51,458 nt of DNA from Raillietiella orientalis. Lineage: Eukaryota. The position numbers and the translations under genes were made by a program. Location: NCBI GenBank assembly GCA_036172245.1, contig JAYWIR010000164.1, positions 1 to 51,458 of the forward strand, read 5' to 3'. The notes beneath the pieces were generated by a model. That model did not search any database. It worked only from the letters and a program-made list of their open reading frames with translations, and was not told where the DNA came from. Every line of letters starts with the position of its first letter. Positions within the stretch are counted from its first letter, which is position 1. Positions 12,202 through 25,100 of the stretch are shown here, one piece after another.

Positions 12202-12990
12202 TTTATCTATTTATTTATTTTACAGGCCAGCCAGTCGCCTCATGGGGGGATCCCTTGGACTAGGATGATTATCATCCGGAAATGCCGGGGCAAATTTGGG
12301 TTAGGATAATGGAAATCCTTTTGGGTTCTTCCGTTTTCGCTGCTTTCCTTCGAGATTTTTCTTCTTTTTGCTCCCTAATTACTCGAGAACCGTCCTCGCC
12401 ACCTTGAGGGTGAGGAAGGGGGGAGTCTCACAAAGCTCTTTGAGCACCGTCCACGCTACCTGAGGGAGTAGGTTACTACACGCGCCCTCGTGTGGCGTGG
12501 AGCTTTGTGAAGCTTCCCAGGGTTATCTCTAACTTGAAGGAGTCGGGAGGAACACCGTATGAATCCGGGAAGGCTACGGAGGAAGGAGTCTGTTTCTCTC
12601 CCGCTTGGGGGGGAACCTTCCCGTTGGTTCTCTCCGGATGGACCCTCCTAAGAGGACCAATCCTCATTTCGTCTCCGAAAGGAACCCGGAAAAGATCTGC
12701 TCCTTGTAACTCCTCTGAAGGGAGCCCCGAAGGGAGTAGCACGCTTCTCACACTTTGGAGAGGCAACTCCAGATGGGGGAGGGTGGATTCATCTGCACAA
12801 CCGGAAGGGAACCCGGAAAGTTCCTTGATGTCCTGGCAAGACCCCGGAGGATCAACTTTCATCCCGCGGGGGGGTAACCGAAATCCACGACGCGCCCATT
12901 TCCCGGCACGTCGATCCTCCACGTGGGGACTCGAACCCGCAACGTTTGGTTCCGCGCGGCGCAGACCGCATCCACACGGTCTTCAAAGCG
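12202..12990 (-). mobile_element. Putative tRNA-derived SINE or Pol III structured RNA, about 790 bp
   Basis: Minus-strand B box GGTTCGAGTCC (12927-12937), A-box/D-arm-like hairpin (12963-12982) at tRNA-like spacing, GC-rich hairpin-rich body, (TAAA)n-type tail 12202-12222; no clear TSD. Confidence 0.55.
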
Positions 12991-13369
12991 GCCTTCCGCA
13001 AAAGTTTCTTTTGTATATCAGCTCAGAGACTTCAGAAACCACTTGTCAGTACATGCTTATGAGAGCAGCACCGGATCAAGCAGTGGATGGAAACATGCGA
13101 TACTAAGGCAAATTATTCAAAGATTCATCACATGCAAAGTGCAGATGCAAGACCGTGAAAGATAAAAAAAGAAAGGCAACAGAAGTTTGGTAGAAAGCCA
13201 GGGGACCCAATCTGGAGGGGGTTTGCGGATCTCGTTTTATCGCGAGACTCCAATACCCAAAGAAACGTAAGGAGGGACGAACCTACTCTTTTCTTACCAG
13301 GCGGTCACACGGGCTTCGAATTTTTGCTCAACAGCGATCGATATCAAGCATCTGAAGCTGAATCCTGCC

Positions 13370-16300
13370 TATCGACGTCTAGAAAAGTCCTCGAAAAGTG
13401 CCATCTTCGCAGGCGTTCTGCCTAACCCCAAATTTTGTCCAGCAGTGTTGCTGTCCAGATATTCCACTAGGGAAAACAGCATTGCATTGAAGGTAGTTTT
13501 CCTTGCCCTCGCTAGTTTTGGGGGATTCTCCAGGACCTCCCGGAGCGTCAGGCGGTCAATACGGGCGAAGAATTGTCTCTGTTCTTCTTGGGTGCGTTCC
13601 TGGTTGCTGCTTGCCCACGTCTGAGCCGTTTCCTGCAGCCATGCAGGTCCGTTAACGGGGCGACAGCAGAGCTATCCTGCGTTCTTCCTCATCAGATCAG
13701 CCACACTCCGCAACTGCAACCCGCAGTGACCAACTTGGCGGCGAAGACGGAGCGCAAGGAAGGATGACATTAACACCTTGCCTGTAGCCTTTTCAACGAG
13801 GAGACGTGCGGGCTCGCACTAGCTGCTATTCCAATATTTCGCCACTAGGGCCAGGAACCGAAACTGGAGCTAAAGCTCCAGCCGCTCTAGCGTCAGGAGG
13901 CCGATACCGCCGTCCCGACGCGGAGCACCCAAGTCCTCAAGCCGGATTCGCGCCCTCCCATTACCCCACAGGGCAATCCTTAGGAGGTCCTTTGTGCGCT
14001 TTTTAGTCTCTGTGCTGAAGGGGCAAACAAAAAGTAGTAAACGCAGAAGGGGAGCCGAAAACACGTTTTACACGGCGGCCGGTTCCGGAAGGAAAATCCT
14101 GCGGCCTTGGAACGGGCCGATCGCCGTCTCTACCTTCTGAAGAGAGCTGGACCACTCATCCGAAGGAAAATAATCCCCTATCGGTACACCGAGGTACTTG
14201 AAGTACCGTACCGTGGGGATCCCCAAACGGACCCAGTCCGGCTGCCCTACCCACGCCGCACCGATTGGCATGACGGACGACTTCGCACTGTGCACCTCAA
14301 TCCCGGTTCCCCGACTGAGCAGGTGGAAGAACTCCTCGAACGCCGATGTCGGGATGGACATAGGGAGCAGTAGCAGTAGGTCGTCTGCATATGCTGACAC
14401 CGCGGGCGTACTGGGATAGTCGCGTGGCAGGTGCGCTAGAGTTGTCCTGTACGCTCTCAGTACCAACACGAAGTAGCTACTGAAGAGCAAGGGACTCAGT
14501 CTGTCTCCCTGCCGTATGCCGCGTCGCACCGGTACGCCTTGCACGGTGTGTCCACTGAAAAAGATCCGGATAACCGCGTCGCGCCAGCAGGATCGCAGGT
14601 AGGTCAGCAAAGAGACCGGGAAACCCAAGCGTTCCAAGAGCTCCAGCAGGAGCTTCTGGTCGACACAGTCGAATGCTTTATGCAAATCGACGGCGACTGC
14701 GAGGGCTCCCTTCCACCCCCAACCATCCCGTTTTTTAAAATCGTAGATTCCGGAAGTCCGGTTGCCCATTCTGACCCTTTTCGGTTGGAGCGCGAAAAAG
14801 GTGCAGGCGAGGAACAGGTTGGCATTCATGCTCCGCCAGGGAACAGCATATGTCTGCTTCGGGCTGATGTAGCTTTCCGCTAATCGCCCCAGGCGTTCAG
14901 ACCTTAATTTCGCCAGCAACTTGGAGTCCGCGTTCATCACGGTAATCGGCCGTCATTGCTCATGCTTCGAAGTTCTCCTCCCTTAGGGAGGAGACGCACC
15001 TTTGCCGAACGTAACGAGGCTGGGACGTCGCCCGTTTCGCGGATCAGCAAGATGAGTTTTTTTATCAAGAGAGTGAGCTCTGCCGCAAAACCTTCAAAAA
15101 ATTCCGCTGGCAGGCCGTCCTTTCTTGAAGCCTTCCGCTTCTTAAGCTTTCTGATGGACGAGATGATCTCGCCCATCGTGAAAGGCTCGACGAGGCTCCT
15201 TTGATCTTAGTCCCCGATCGCCGGAGCGCCTTCCGGAAGAAGAAGTCGCGAGATGTCCCTTTCCGGTGGAGCGCGAGCCTAAAGGGAGAAGTAGAATTTT
15301 TTTAATAAGCCTTTCACCTGGGCGGAGGAGGAGTGCTCCGAGCCCTGGTCGTCCAGTAAGCTGCCCGACCCGGATTGCCACGCCTGCCACTTTGCTCTTG
15401 CAAGGTATTCGGCTAACCTGCATACATCTGGTGTTCGCGCGTAACATCGAGATTGTAAATACCATCTCTCGTTACGCACGCTTTCACAAAAGCCGGCAGG
15501 CAGGCGGTTCATAGGGAACTCGTTGCAAAACTCTTGGACCGAGCGCTTGAAACGGTCCCATTCCTGAAGCGTCTGCAAGCTGAAACCTCGTATGAATCCG
15601 CGGAGATGCTTCACGGCTTCCGGAAGTTTCAGCCAGTTTCGCGGTTAGCGCCACGCATATGACGGGGGACCCCTATCGCGTGGCCGTACCTCGAGTACGA
15701 TCCGGTCATGGTCCGAAAGTTCCTACGGTAACCTGCAGCGCCTGCCCACGCGTGAACATAGGTGCTGGTCAAGATACACGTGATCTATGCTGTCAGCGAT
15801 TTCCGGATCGCCGGCAAAAAAGTTGCGCGTATGTATCTCTGCTCACAGCTCGTTCACGCGGTCCCGAAGTGTGTGGGACGCATCCGACAGCAGGAGAAGG
15901 TTAAAGTCACCTTCGATTAGGTGCGCTTTGCGCACTCCCGCTTTGTCCAGATATTCGCGCCTCAGAGTAAGGAAGAAATCTCTCCTTGCCTTCTCCGCAA
16001 GCGCGTCGCTGCCGCATAAGCGCACAGGTTGGTAATGACCAGATCGATGGAGTCGGACCACCTGATGGTCAACTGGCGACGTGACCAGCACTATCGAACC
16101 TAACGCCTTTTGCCGCTACCTCGACCGCTGGACGAACCAGGAACGCGACACCGCAAGATTTAACGGTGCCGCAACGCCACATCAGCCGTCCACCCGAGAT
16201 ACGCTCGATCTCCGTTGCTTCGTCTGCGAAGATCACGTGGATCTCTTGCAGCAGCACCAGGTGAAACGATGTTAGGGTGGAGGCCACGTCTCGTCTCTTG

Positions 16301-18090
16301 CCGTCGTTGCTTAGTCCGTTGACGTTCCAACAGGCAATTCGCAGACGGCGGCAAGACGCGATTCTTGGCATTACGGCTGTGAACGTAGCGTTGCAGCAAC
16401 TGTCAAGGGACAGGTGGGAGGGACGAGTATGGGGACCAGGGCCATCTCAGGCACTTGAAGCACCTGGGGCACAGACTCTACCCTTTCCCTCCCTCCGGGG
16501 TCGCAGCGTGGGGTTAACTTTCGAGGAGAGTTCCCGGAGTTTCCCACTTCCTTCGCACCCTCGCTTTCCTCGATTATCTCTCCCTTTTCCACGGACGGAA
16601 TAATTTTGCGAGTAACCTTCTTTGTGCGACTTGCTTTCGAGCGGGAGGTTGCGATGCCGTAGGCTGTGTTTTCCGCCTGATCTTCAGAGATTGGAATCTC
16701 CGACTTCTTGATCGAGGTCGGACGCCTTAGGGCCTTTTTCGCGGATTTGGGGAAACGCTGCAAGGACACAGCGAGCTCCTGCGCCGCTCGCTAAAAGGCG
16801 ACGTCGTCGAGCATGCGTTCGTCGACGGACGCTACCGCCGGGTCGATAGCATCCGGCATTAATTTGCCGGAGGGCTGAAGGTCGGTAGCGACGAGTAGAA
16901 ATTTTGCCACTCTGTTCGACCGCATGAATGCGATTGATCACGACAGAGCAGCGTTTGTTCTTTTCGCTACGCTGGAAATTCTCGCTGCGTTTCGCGACTT
17001 TTTTTTTTGGTTCCTTGAGTTTTTTCTACTTACTGGATTTTACTACCTGCCATCCAAGTTTCTGGCCATTCTCCTCCACCATTTCCAAGTTTTCCGGGAT
17101 CTCGCAGCTGTCCTTTACCTGGGGCACGACAGTTGTTTTTTTAGTGGCTGCTCTATCTCGGACCTCCTGAACTTATAATTTTTTGGCCGCCTGCTTCTTT
17201 GCATTCCGTGCGGACGCGACGCGGACTTTATTTTGCGGGCACACCGGAAGAGTGTGCCTGGGTTGCTTACATTGCTTGCACTGCAAGTGGGGGCACCTTT
17301 TTTGCAGGTGACCTGAAGTGCTGCAATGCCCGCAGAAATACGGCTCATCAACATACCAGATGTCAATAGGTTCGCCGTTGACCTCCAGCTTGTTTGTTAA
17401 GGAGCAACCTTTGCGAACCGTTTATCGCGCGGAAGCCATACCGCAATTCAGGAGATCGTACTCCCAAAACGGAGTAGGCATTTTCCACAACGCGTGGACG
17501 GTTCCAAATTTAATTAATTCCTCTCTGACTGCCCCTTTGGCCTTTCGAAAGGTGAATCCGAGGAGGAAGATCACAATAGATCTATCCTTGTTGATTGGGA
17601 GGAGCCGGCGATTCCACAAAGGAACAGGTGAACGGAGCAGACACTGAGCAAGACTTGCTACTTTGGAAAACACCTCAACGTACTGTCCACTACTCCTGAT
17701 GGTCATCGCCAAGAGCTCCTTGTGGGGTACTTTGAGGGAGTGCATCGCTTTCGTGAAAGCGCACGCACTTTCAAAGGAGTAATGGTTCCCTACCTTATAG
17801 AGTAGAGGGGTATTGTAACCCTCCTAAAGGTAGGCTTTCAACTCTGCCGCAGCCGCTCGCGTTGGCCCTGAAGACACAGAAGTCTAGCTTGTCCCTAACA
17901 ATAGCTTATTTGGGGGCGGTTGCGTACACATCTATTAATTCTTGGGGCGAGATAGACGTGGATCCCTGCTTATCACAGGTGGTGGTCCCAGGCATTGCTG
18001 CCTTGCCATCACGGAATCCACTGAACACCAGAAAAGAAGAGAATAAAACCACAAACGCTCACGAGCGAAACAAAAACTGGTCCGCTCTCA
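13370..18090 (-). mobile_element. Family B (lineage Y) near full-length element: 5'UTR, ORF1, EN, RT; 3' end degraded
   Basis: 5' motif near 18075-18090; ORF1 pieces 17422-17745 and 16371-16769; EN WNVNG at 16069-16371; RT ORF 14068-14940 with DLHKAFD, RQGD, YADD and KYLG. Confidence 0.92.
14068..14940 (-). pseudogene. Reverse transcriptase core (uninterrupted 290 aa fragment of ORF2)
   Basis: AVDLHKAFD, GIRQGDRLSP, YADD, FKYLG. Confidence 0.93.
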
Positions 18091-18093
18091 AAC

Positions 18094-18490
18094 GCGGATT
18101 GGGACGATCTGAAAAGATCAGTCGGCGAGTTCTGTAGCCGGTTCCCCTTCCGCCTGCTCCCCCGTGGCTTCGGGGAAGGCGTGGCCAACAGCAGAAAGTT
18201 TCTGCAGGCCTGCTAATTCTTTCGATGCCCGGACTTTTGGAACCTTGCTGAGTTCAATGTCAAGGTCGAGCGCCAGGTCTGGCAGTCAGGAGCGGCTTGT
18301 CTGCTCGACGACCAAGGCCTGGAGTGCTCGGGCGCGGCCGACGTTCGCCGCCTACTAATGCTCTATTACTCCTCGTTGTATGCTAGGGAGTCAACAAAAC
18401 GCAGTCCTACGGAGCTCTGCAGGCGGATTCCTCTGCGTTCGAAGACGAGGAACGCGCCACTCTTGAATTGCCCTTCACGGAGGTAGAAGT
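18094..18490 (+). mobile_element. Family B (lineage X-like) ORF2 linker fragment
   Basis: Reads ADWDDLKRSV...LLDDQG...YYSSLYA...EERATLELPFT, matching 5155-5550. Confidence 0.8.
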
Positions 18491-21400
18491 GTCCCGCCGA
18501 GGAGGGCAAATCTCGAGCGGATCTCTGGACAGCATATGTGGTATAAATGTGGGAAATCTAGAAGTTGTGATGTTGCCTACCTGCTTCGGCCAGCCGTCGA
18601 GGCCGCGGCGCAAGGTGTGCGGTTCGACGATCACGGTCGTGTCGGCCAGCTGACTCTCAGGTGGACCGAATCTATCGATCCGATGGTCACGAACGTGTAC
18701 GCCACAAGCGGCGCGGACCTGACAAAAAGGAGGACGAGAAAAGAAACTTCACTTGCACTCCGGCGCGACTGGCTCACCCAAGCAGGCGTGCGAAATGCCC
18801 ATCTGGTTGCAGGGGATTTCAACGTTCGCCTGAAACCAGATGGGCAAAACCACGAGCGTGACCTGGTCAACGAGGTGCGCATGGCGGTGCACACCTGTAA
18901 TTTGCTGGCCGGTGCACCGGGGATGGAGGACAGTATCGACCAAGTGTTCCTTGATCAGCACCTGTGCCCTCGCGTGGGCAGGCGCGGCAAGTTACTGTGC
19001 GAGCTGTCCGACCAACGCCCGCTAATTCTCGAGATCCATCCGTGCCACAGGGGCAACCACTCTTCAGCGTGGCGTCTGCCAGGGGACTGGATGAAGCTTC
19101 TGGACGCGGCGGGACATCTCTGCACGTTCATACAGAGCACGAGACTGCGGACACTCCAGGATTGGGACCGCTTCAAGCGGTCGGTCAAGAAGTTCTAGGA
19201 CCAGTTCCATCTGAACCGACTACCTACGGGTTTCGGGACCGCGCTTCGCAACGAACGAGCTTATCTGCCGGCCCTTCGTTACGCCTGGAGCCTTGACATT
19301 CGCAGGCTGGCGCAATACAAAGCGGGAGGGAGAGGCAAGCCTCGCATTCCTGATCGGCCAGCATGCTGGCCGATCGGGGGTAAGAGCACTTGCACCCGCC
19401 CAAATCCGCAGCCTGCTACGGAGATTCCACTTCTCCCTGTACGCCAGGGAGTCTTCGGAGAGGAATCTCTCACGACTCCTGCTTCTGGAAGGTTCTCCTG
19501 CGATCGGAGAAAGGGGGAGAGAAAGACCCTCGACGAGCCTTTCACGATGAACGACATGCTCTCGGCCATCGGAAACCTCAAGAAGCTCAAGGCTACAGGG
19601 GTGCACGGCCTCCCTGCGGAGTTTTATTAAACTTTCGCGGCTGAGCTTACCTGCTTAATACAACTTCTCACCTTGCTGATACGCGAGAGAGGTTGTTCCC
19701 GCCTCGTTTCGTTCGTCCGAGGTGCGGCTCCTACGTAAGGGAGGAGACCTGAGCAGCATGAACTACTTGTGGCTCATCACACTAGTGATTGAGGACGCCA
19801 AGTTGCTAGCAAAGGTTTTGGCAGAGCGTCTAGTACGGTTTGGCAACATCTTCATGAGCCCGGAACAGACATATGCTGTTCCTGGGCGAATTATGGAGGG
19901 GAACCTGTTCCACTCTTCCACCTGGCTTGAGCTACAACATGAAAGGAGCTTGGTGCGCAGCAGGAATTCCGGTGCGTGTGCCGGCAAGGGGTTGGATGGT
20001 CGTGTGGGGGAGGGAGCCCTTGTTGTCGCAGTCGACTTGCGGAAAGCATTAGATTGTGTCGACCAGAATCTCCTCTGGAGCTTCTGAAACGCCTGACTTT
20101 CCCGGCCTTATTAGTAACCGATCTGAGCTCGAGCTGGCGTCACGTGCTCATCAGCGGTTTTTTCAGCGGGCATACCGTTCACGGCGTGCCAATGCGGAGA
20201 GGGATACGGCAGGGAGACATCCTGAGCCCCTTGCTCTTCAGAACCTACTTTGAGATGGTACTGTGAGCGTAGAGGGAATCTCTGGCTGACCTGATGCACG
20301 ACTATGCCGGTACGCCGGCCGTTTTAGCGTAGGCAAAATACCTTCTTCTGCTGCTTCCTATGTCCACCCCGGCTTCGGCAGTCGATGAGTTCCTCGACCT
20401 GCTGCATCGGAGAACCGGACTTACGTTGAACAGGGAGAAGTCGTATGTGATGCCAGTTGCTGCGGCTTGGGCAGGGTAGTAGGACTGGGTTCTTCCGGGA
20501 TCCTTACGGTGAGGTTCTTCCAGTACCTTCGTCTGCCGTTGATAAATTCCCCTCCTGCTAAATCCTGGTCCGGCTGCCTCCAGAATGTAAAGACGGCGAT
20601 CGGCCCGTTTTGAGAGGGCAGGTGTCTCCTGCCTGAACGAGGCGCGGTTTGGAACACGATCGTGGCTCCTCTTTCCCGCTCCTTGCTTGTTGTTTGCTCT
20701 TCCACAGAAAGAATTAAAGGACGGACAAAGGAACTTCTCCGTATCGCCCTTTGGGGCATCGGAAAAGCCAGACTCCGCTTAAAGGACTCTTGCGCTTCGC
20801 GTCGGGACGGTGGTCTCGGCCTCCTGACATTGGAGCTGCTGGAGCTTGAGCTCCAGTTCCTAATGTTGGCACTTGATCCAGAGTTGTGGTGCACCTGTAG
20901 GTGCGTCCCTGTACGTCTGCTACTCCAGCAGGCCGCCTGGAAGACGAGAGTCATGTCGTTTCTTGCAATCCGTCGCCGCGTCAACCGATGCGGTATCCAA
21001 GTGGCTGCGCTCAAACGAGAAAACCACGGATGGATCACCTGTCGTTCTACGAAAGGTAGTGCCTGGTTGTAAGAAAACCGTTCGCACGTGGGGACAGTGC
21101 GGCATGCATCGCTCCCAACAGGAACGAAGGTTCCTGTTTGGCGGTTACAGAAGTTTCACGCTCCGTGAGATTCTGGAGGATCCAAAGAAGATAGCGTGGG
21201 CAGGAAGAACTTCCCTTGATGCTGCGCTGCCCTGCTTGATGGAAGATCAGGACAGCGATTTTGCAACGAAGTGGGAGGTTAGGGTAACAATCTCTAAGAA
21301 GGAGAAGATGATAGAAGAGTGTAAGACTGGTCAGCTGACTGATGCTGCCACCCCGAATACGCCCTCCTATGGACTTGTACGCTCGGTTGCGCTGCTCGAC

Positions 21401-22138
21401 GTTCCCATTAAACGTCTGAAGTGGCCTATAATACTTATGAACACCTCCACCTTCCCCTTAAAATGGCAGGAGTGAGCTCTCTTGTTGCAGCACTTGGGAC
21501 TCCTCTGCAACTCCTGCAGACACCACATGACCTGGGGAGCGATGGACTCCAATTGTGTCAGGTGTGGGGAACGGGATTCTCTCCCTCACCTGCTAGTGGA
21601 TTGTGTTGCACTTCGACTATTTTGATTCCGCTTTAACGCGGCAATCGGAATATCTTGCGGCAACCCCAGGGACGTTCTGAAAGCCCACTTCGTGGCCGAT
21701 ACCCTTCAGCCAGCGGCCTCGTTAGCAGCCCTGTGCTGCTTACGCGTGATCCTCGCCGCCTGGAGCAAGGCAACGGGAGGACCACACAAACAGGTTGCCA
21801 TCCAACCAGCCTCTCAGTTCCTGAGGCGGGCGTCGCGATGGCCCCACCTGGGTCCATGCATGCAGCAACCGCTTGACGGCATTCTGCAGAGGATGCAAGT
21901 GCACCACCAGGTAAAGTGATCCCTTCCCGTACTCTCAAACTTTTTCTTTTCTTTTTTTGTTTTGTTCTTTGTCTTTCCCTCTCCCTCCTGCTGCCGTGGT
22001 GGCCCGTATTGGTCTGCAAACCGGTTACTCGGCAGTATCTGTGTTTATTCGTGCATGGATTGAGCAATGGTCCCGCAACTACACGTCTTTGTAAAAGTTA
22101 ATTGTTTTAATCAACGCCTTGCAAAAATCCGGGTAAAA
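18491..22138 (+). mobile_element. Family B (lineage Y) element, 3' part from mid-EN to 3' terminus
   Basis: EN ORF 18536-19198 (GDFN, SDQ); RT DLRKALD and RQGD; finger CVRCGERDSLPHLLVDC near 21555; terminal CCGGGTAAAA 22129-22138. Confidence 0.92.
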
Positions 22139-25100
22139 ATCGAATGCTTTATGCAAATTTACTGCTACTGGCAAGGCTGCCGGCCTTTTAGCCGTCCGTG
22201 CGCACCAGCGCTCGCAGTCGTCAGAAGGTGTTGCCGCTGTTCGGCTGTCCGCCGCAAAGCGCTCTTGCAGTTGCCACCAGGTTCGCGCGAAAAGAAGGTT
22301 CGCATCCATGGATCTGACCGGTACAGCGTAAGACTGCTCCAGGATTACCACGGAATCCGCGATTTTTCCTAAGCGCGTGACCCACAGCTTCGAAAAGTAC
22401 TTAAGGTCCGTATTGACTAACGTAATCGGACGCCAGTTGTTGAGTTGGCGCATATCTCCTCCTTTCGGAAGGAAACGCACCCTTGCTGAGCGGAAGGAAG
22501 AAGGGACATCGCCCGTCACCCTCATCAGCGTCGAGAGTCTAAGCACCAGTGGAGCGAGTTCAGCCGCGAAGCTCTGATAGAACAACGCGGGCAGCCCGTC
22601 CTCACCTGGCATCTTCCGTTTCTTGAGTCCTGCGATGGCGGAAGGAACTTCCTCCAACGAGAAGGGCTTGTCGAGACGGGCGCGTTCCTCCTCGCGGATG
22701 CCGTGTGCATTCCGCGGCACAAGCAGTTCCTAGAGGATTCCTTCCGTGGGGGATTTGGCGTAGAGCAAGGAGAAGTGACGCCTTAGTGTTCGCCGTTCTT
22801 CGGCAATAGGCGTGCATTCCCGTCCTTGGTCGTCGAGCAGAATAGCCGCTCCAGACTGTTAGATCTGATTCTCGGCTTTCGCCTTGTACTCTGCGAGGTG
22901 CCGGACTTCTGCAAGTCTAGAAAAGGTGCGCGCCTGCAGAAATTCTTTGCTATTGGCCACGCCTTCTCCAAAGCCGCTCGGGAGGAGGTGCAGGGGGAAC
23001 TGGTCGCAAAACTCGCGAACCGATCTTTGAAGATGTTCTTAGTGTGCGAAGTGCCGGAAGGCAAAGCCGCAAAAGAACTGGCAAAGATGCTCCGCCGCCT
23101 CCGGATAACTGAGCCAATCCGCGGGCATCCCTTGCTCGGCCGAAGTAGCTCGAACTCCAGCGTATCATGGTCCGAAAACGTGGACGGCACCCTGCCTCTC
23201 CTTACCACTCGTGTGAGTAGGTGTTCATCGAGGTAGACGTGATCCACGCACCTTTCAATTCCAGGCTCGTCGGCTATCATGTTACGCGCGAGCACTGATG
23301 CGTATGCCTCTTGCATCCGTGCAGGTTCCGCCAGCAAGCTCGTCTGGATGGAAAGCAGTTGGACGTTGAAGTCCTCTGCGACGAGATATGCAACTCTGAC
23401 TCCGTACATCCTGAGCCATTGGCTCTCCATCACGTCGAAGATGTTAATTTCGGTGCGCCGATGGAAGCCGCTCGGCGTGAAGACGTTCTTTAGGACATGG
23501 TGGAATGAATCTGACCATTTGAGTACAAGTTGGTCTTTTTCCCCCTCCTGGTCGTACGCTGCGCACTGCTCCCTCCATCCGACTATGAACGAGAGACCCG
23601 ACTCCGCACGATTGTGCAGCACCTTCTCGCCAGTACAGGGTGCTACCCGCGCGCAGTTAAATTTTGGAAACGTCCGCTTCGGACATGTAATGCAACTCTT
23701 GAAGGATCTCCAAGTCGAAGTGTCGCAGAGTGTCTGACACGCGACGCCTCTTTGCGTCCCAGCGCAGCCCGTTCACGTTCTAACAGGCTACGCTGAACCG
23801 ACCAAGAGAAGCGACTTCCTGCATCGAGGTTGGGAAGATGAGCACAGGTTTCTCGCTTTGTCAAGCGAGTGGTCTCGAGACAGAACGGAAGAACATGGAG
23901 ACTGGACATCTCCATTCGAAGCCGCCCTGCTTGTTGCCGGTAGCTCAGAGGTGAGGCCCATTCTCTTCTGTTTGCTCCCCGGCAACAGTTCCTATTCGGC
24001 AATTTCGCGCTTGCGGGTCTTCTGAAGGTGAATGCGCGGTTTCGAGCGGGATTCGCGCTGTGTGCTTATTCTGTCGGACTCTGCATTGGAATCCGACAGT
24101 CAGGCGCTTGCCAGGCGCTGCTTCTGTTTTTTGGAATCGGGGAAATCATTTGCTGCCTGTTTCCTAGCGCTTTCTGCTACTGCGGCTGGGACTTTCGTCC
24201 TTTTAGCCGCAGCAGCAGCTTCCTGCTCCATCCGCGAGAGGACGACTGCACAAGAGGAAAGAAGCGCAATCTTTATTTGGGATGGTTTTTTGGGTTTCTT
24301 CCGCACACTAACCTTCACACAGAGCTGCGAAGACATTGACGGTTTCTTTTAGATAACCTTTCTCACCAGCATTCAGCCGTCTTTCTTCGCGTCGCAGTTA
24401 TATTTGCTCTCCTGAGATGGCGCTGCGTCCGCGGATGTAAGAGGCGCTGCCTTGGCTGCCTCGTGAACTGCTGCCTCCGCGCAGGCGTAAGCAACTCCCT
24501 TAGCGATCGCGAGAGGCGCTGCCTCTTGCAGATCGGAGGATTCGCGCGTTTCCTTTGCGACCGCTTGAAGCACAGCTGTAGCGATTGTGCTCGCCCTAGC
24601 AGTTCCTTTCTTGGCCGCAGCAGGCGCTGCGTCTGCGCGCGAGGATTGCGGGTTATTAGGCTGTTTCGTCGCGTCACTCGGCGCCTGGGGCATCTTGGCC
24701 GCGGTAGGTTTAGCAGGCACGGATTTCTTTTTGGAGCGGGCGCGATTTTCCCCTATCGAGCGAGCGACCGCATTCCTACCACTTGCCGTGGCCTTCATAG
24801 GAGGCTTCGCGGTCGTGATGCCGACAGCAGGAGGCTTCTTGCCTTTCGGCGCACTCTGTCGTGCATTGCAAAATTCTCTGCGAGGTCTCGGTGAAATGTC
24901 GCATTTCACACGAGCTTCCGTCCGCTGGGAGGCCTGAGGCTTCGCCGAGACGCTTTTTTTCATGTTTTTCTCACCTTTCTTGTGGAGGGAAGAAAGGGTT
25001 TTCTGCGCACGTGCGCCCGCGGTTTTTGCAACGCTCTCCGAAGTTTTCAGGATTTTTTCCCTCGATTCGCAGCGTTTATTTCACGATGCGATACGCGCTT

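Noticed and set aside
12296..12306. GGGTTAGG inside the structured element as a telomerase RNA template
   Set aside because: Only 8 nt, near the 3' end of the presumed transcript, with no supporting pseudoknot seen; expected by chance
12915..12990. Functional tRNA gene
   Set aside because: Acceptor, anticodon and T stems do not pair properly; only box-like motifs remain
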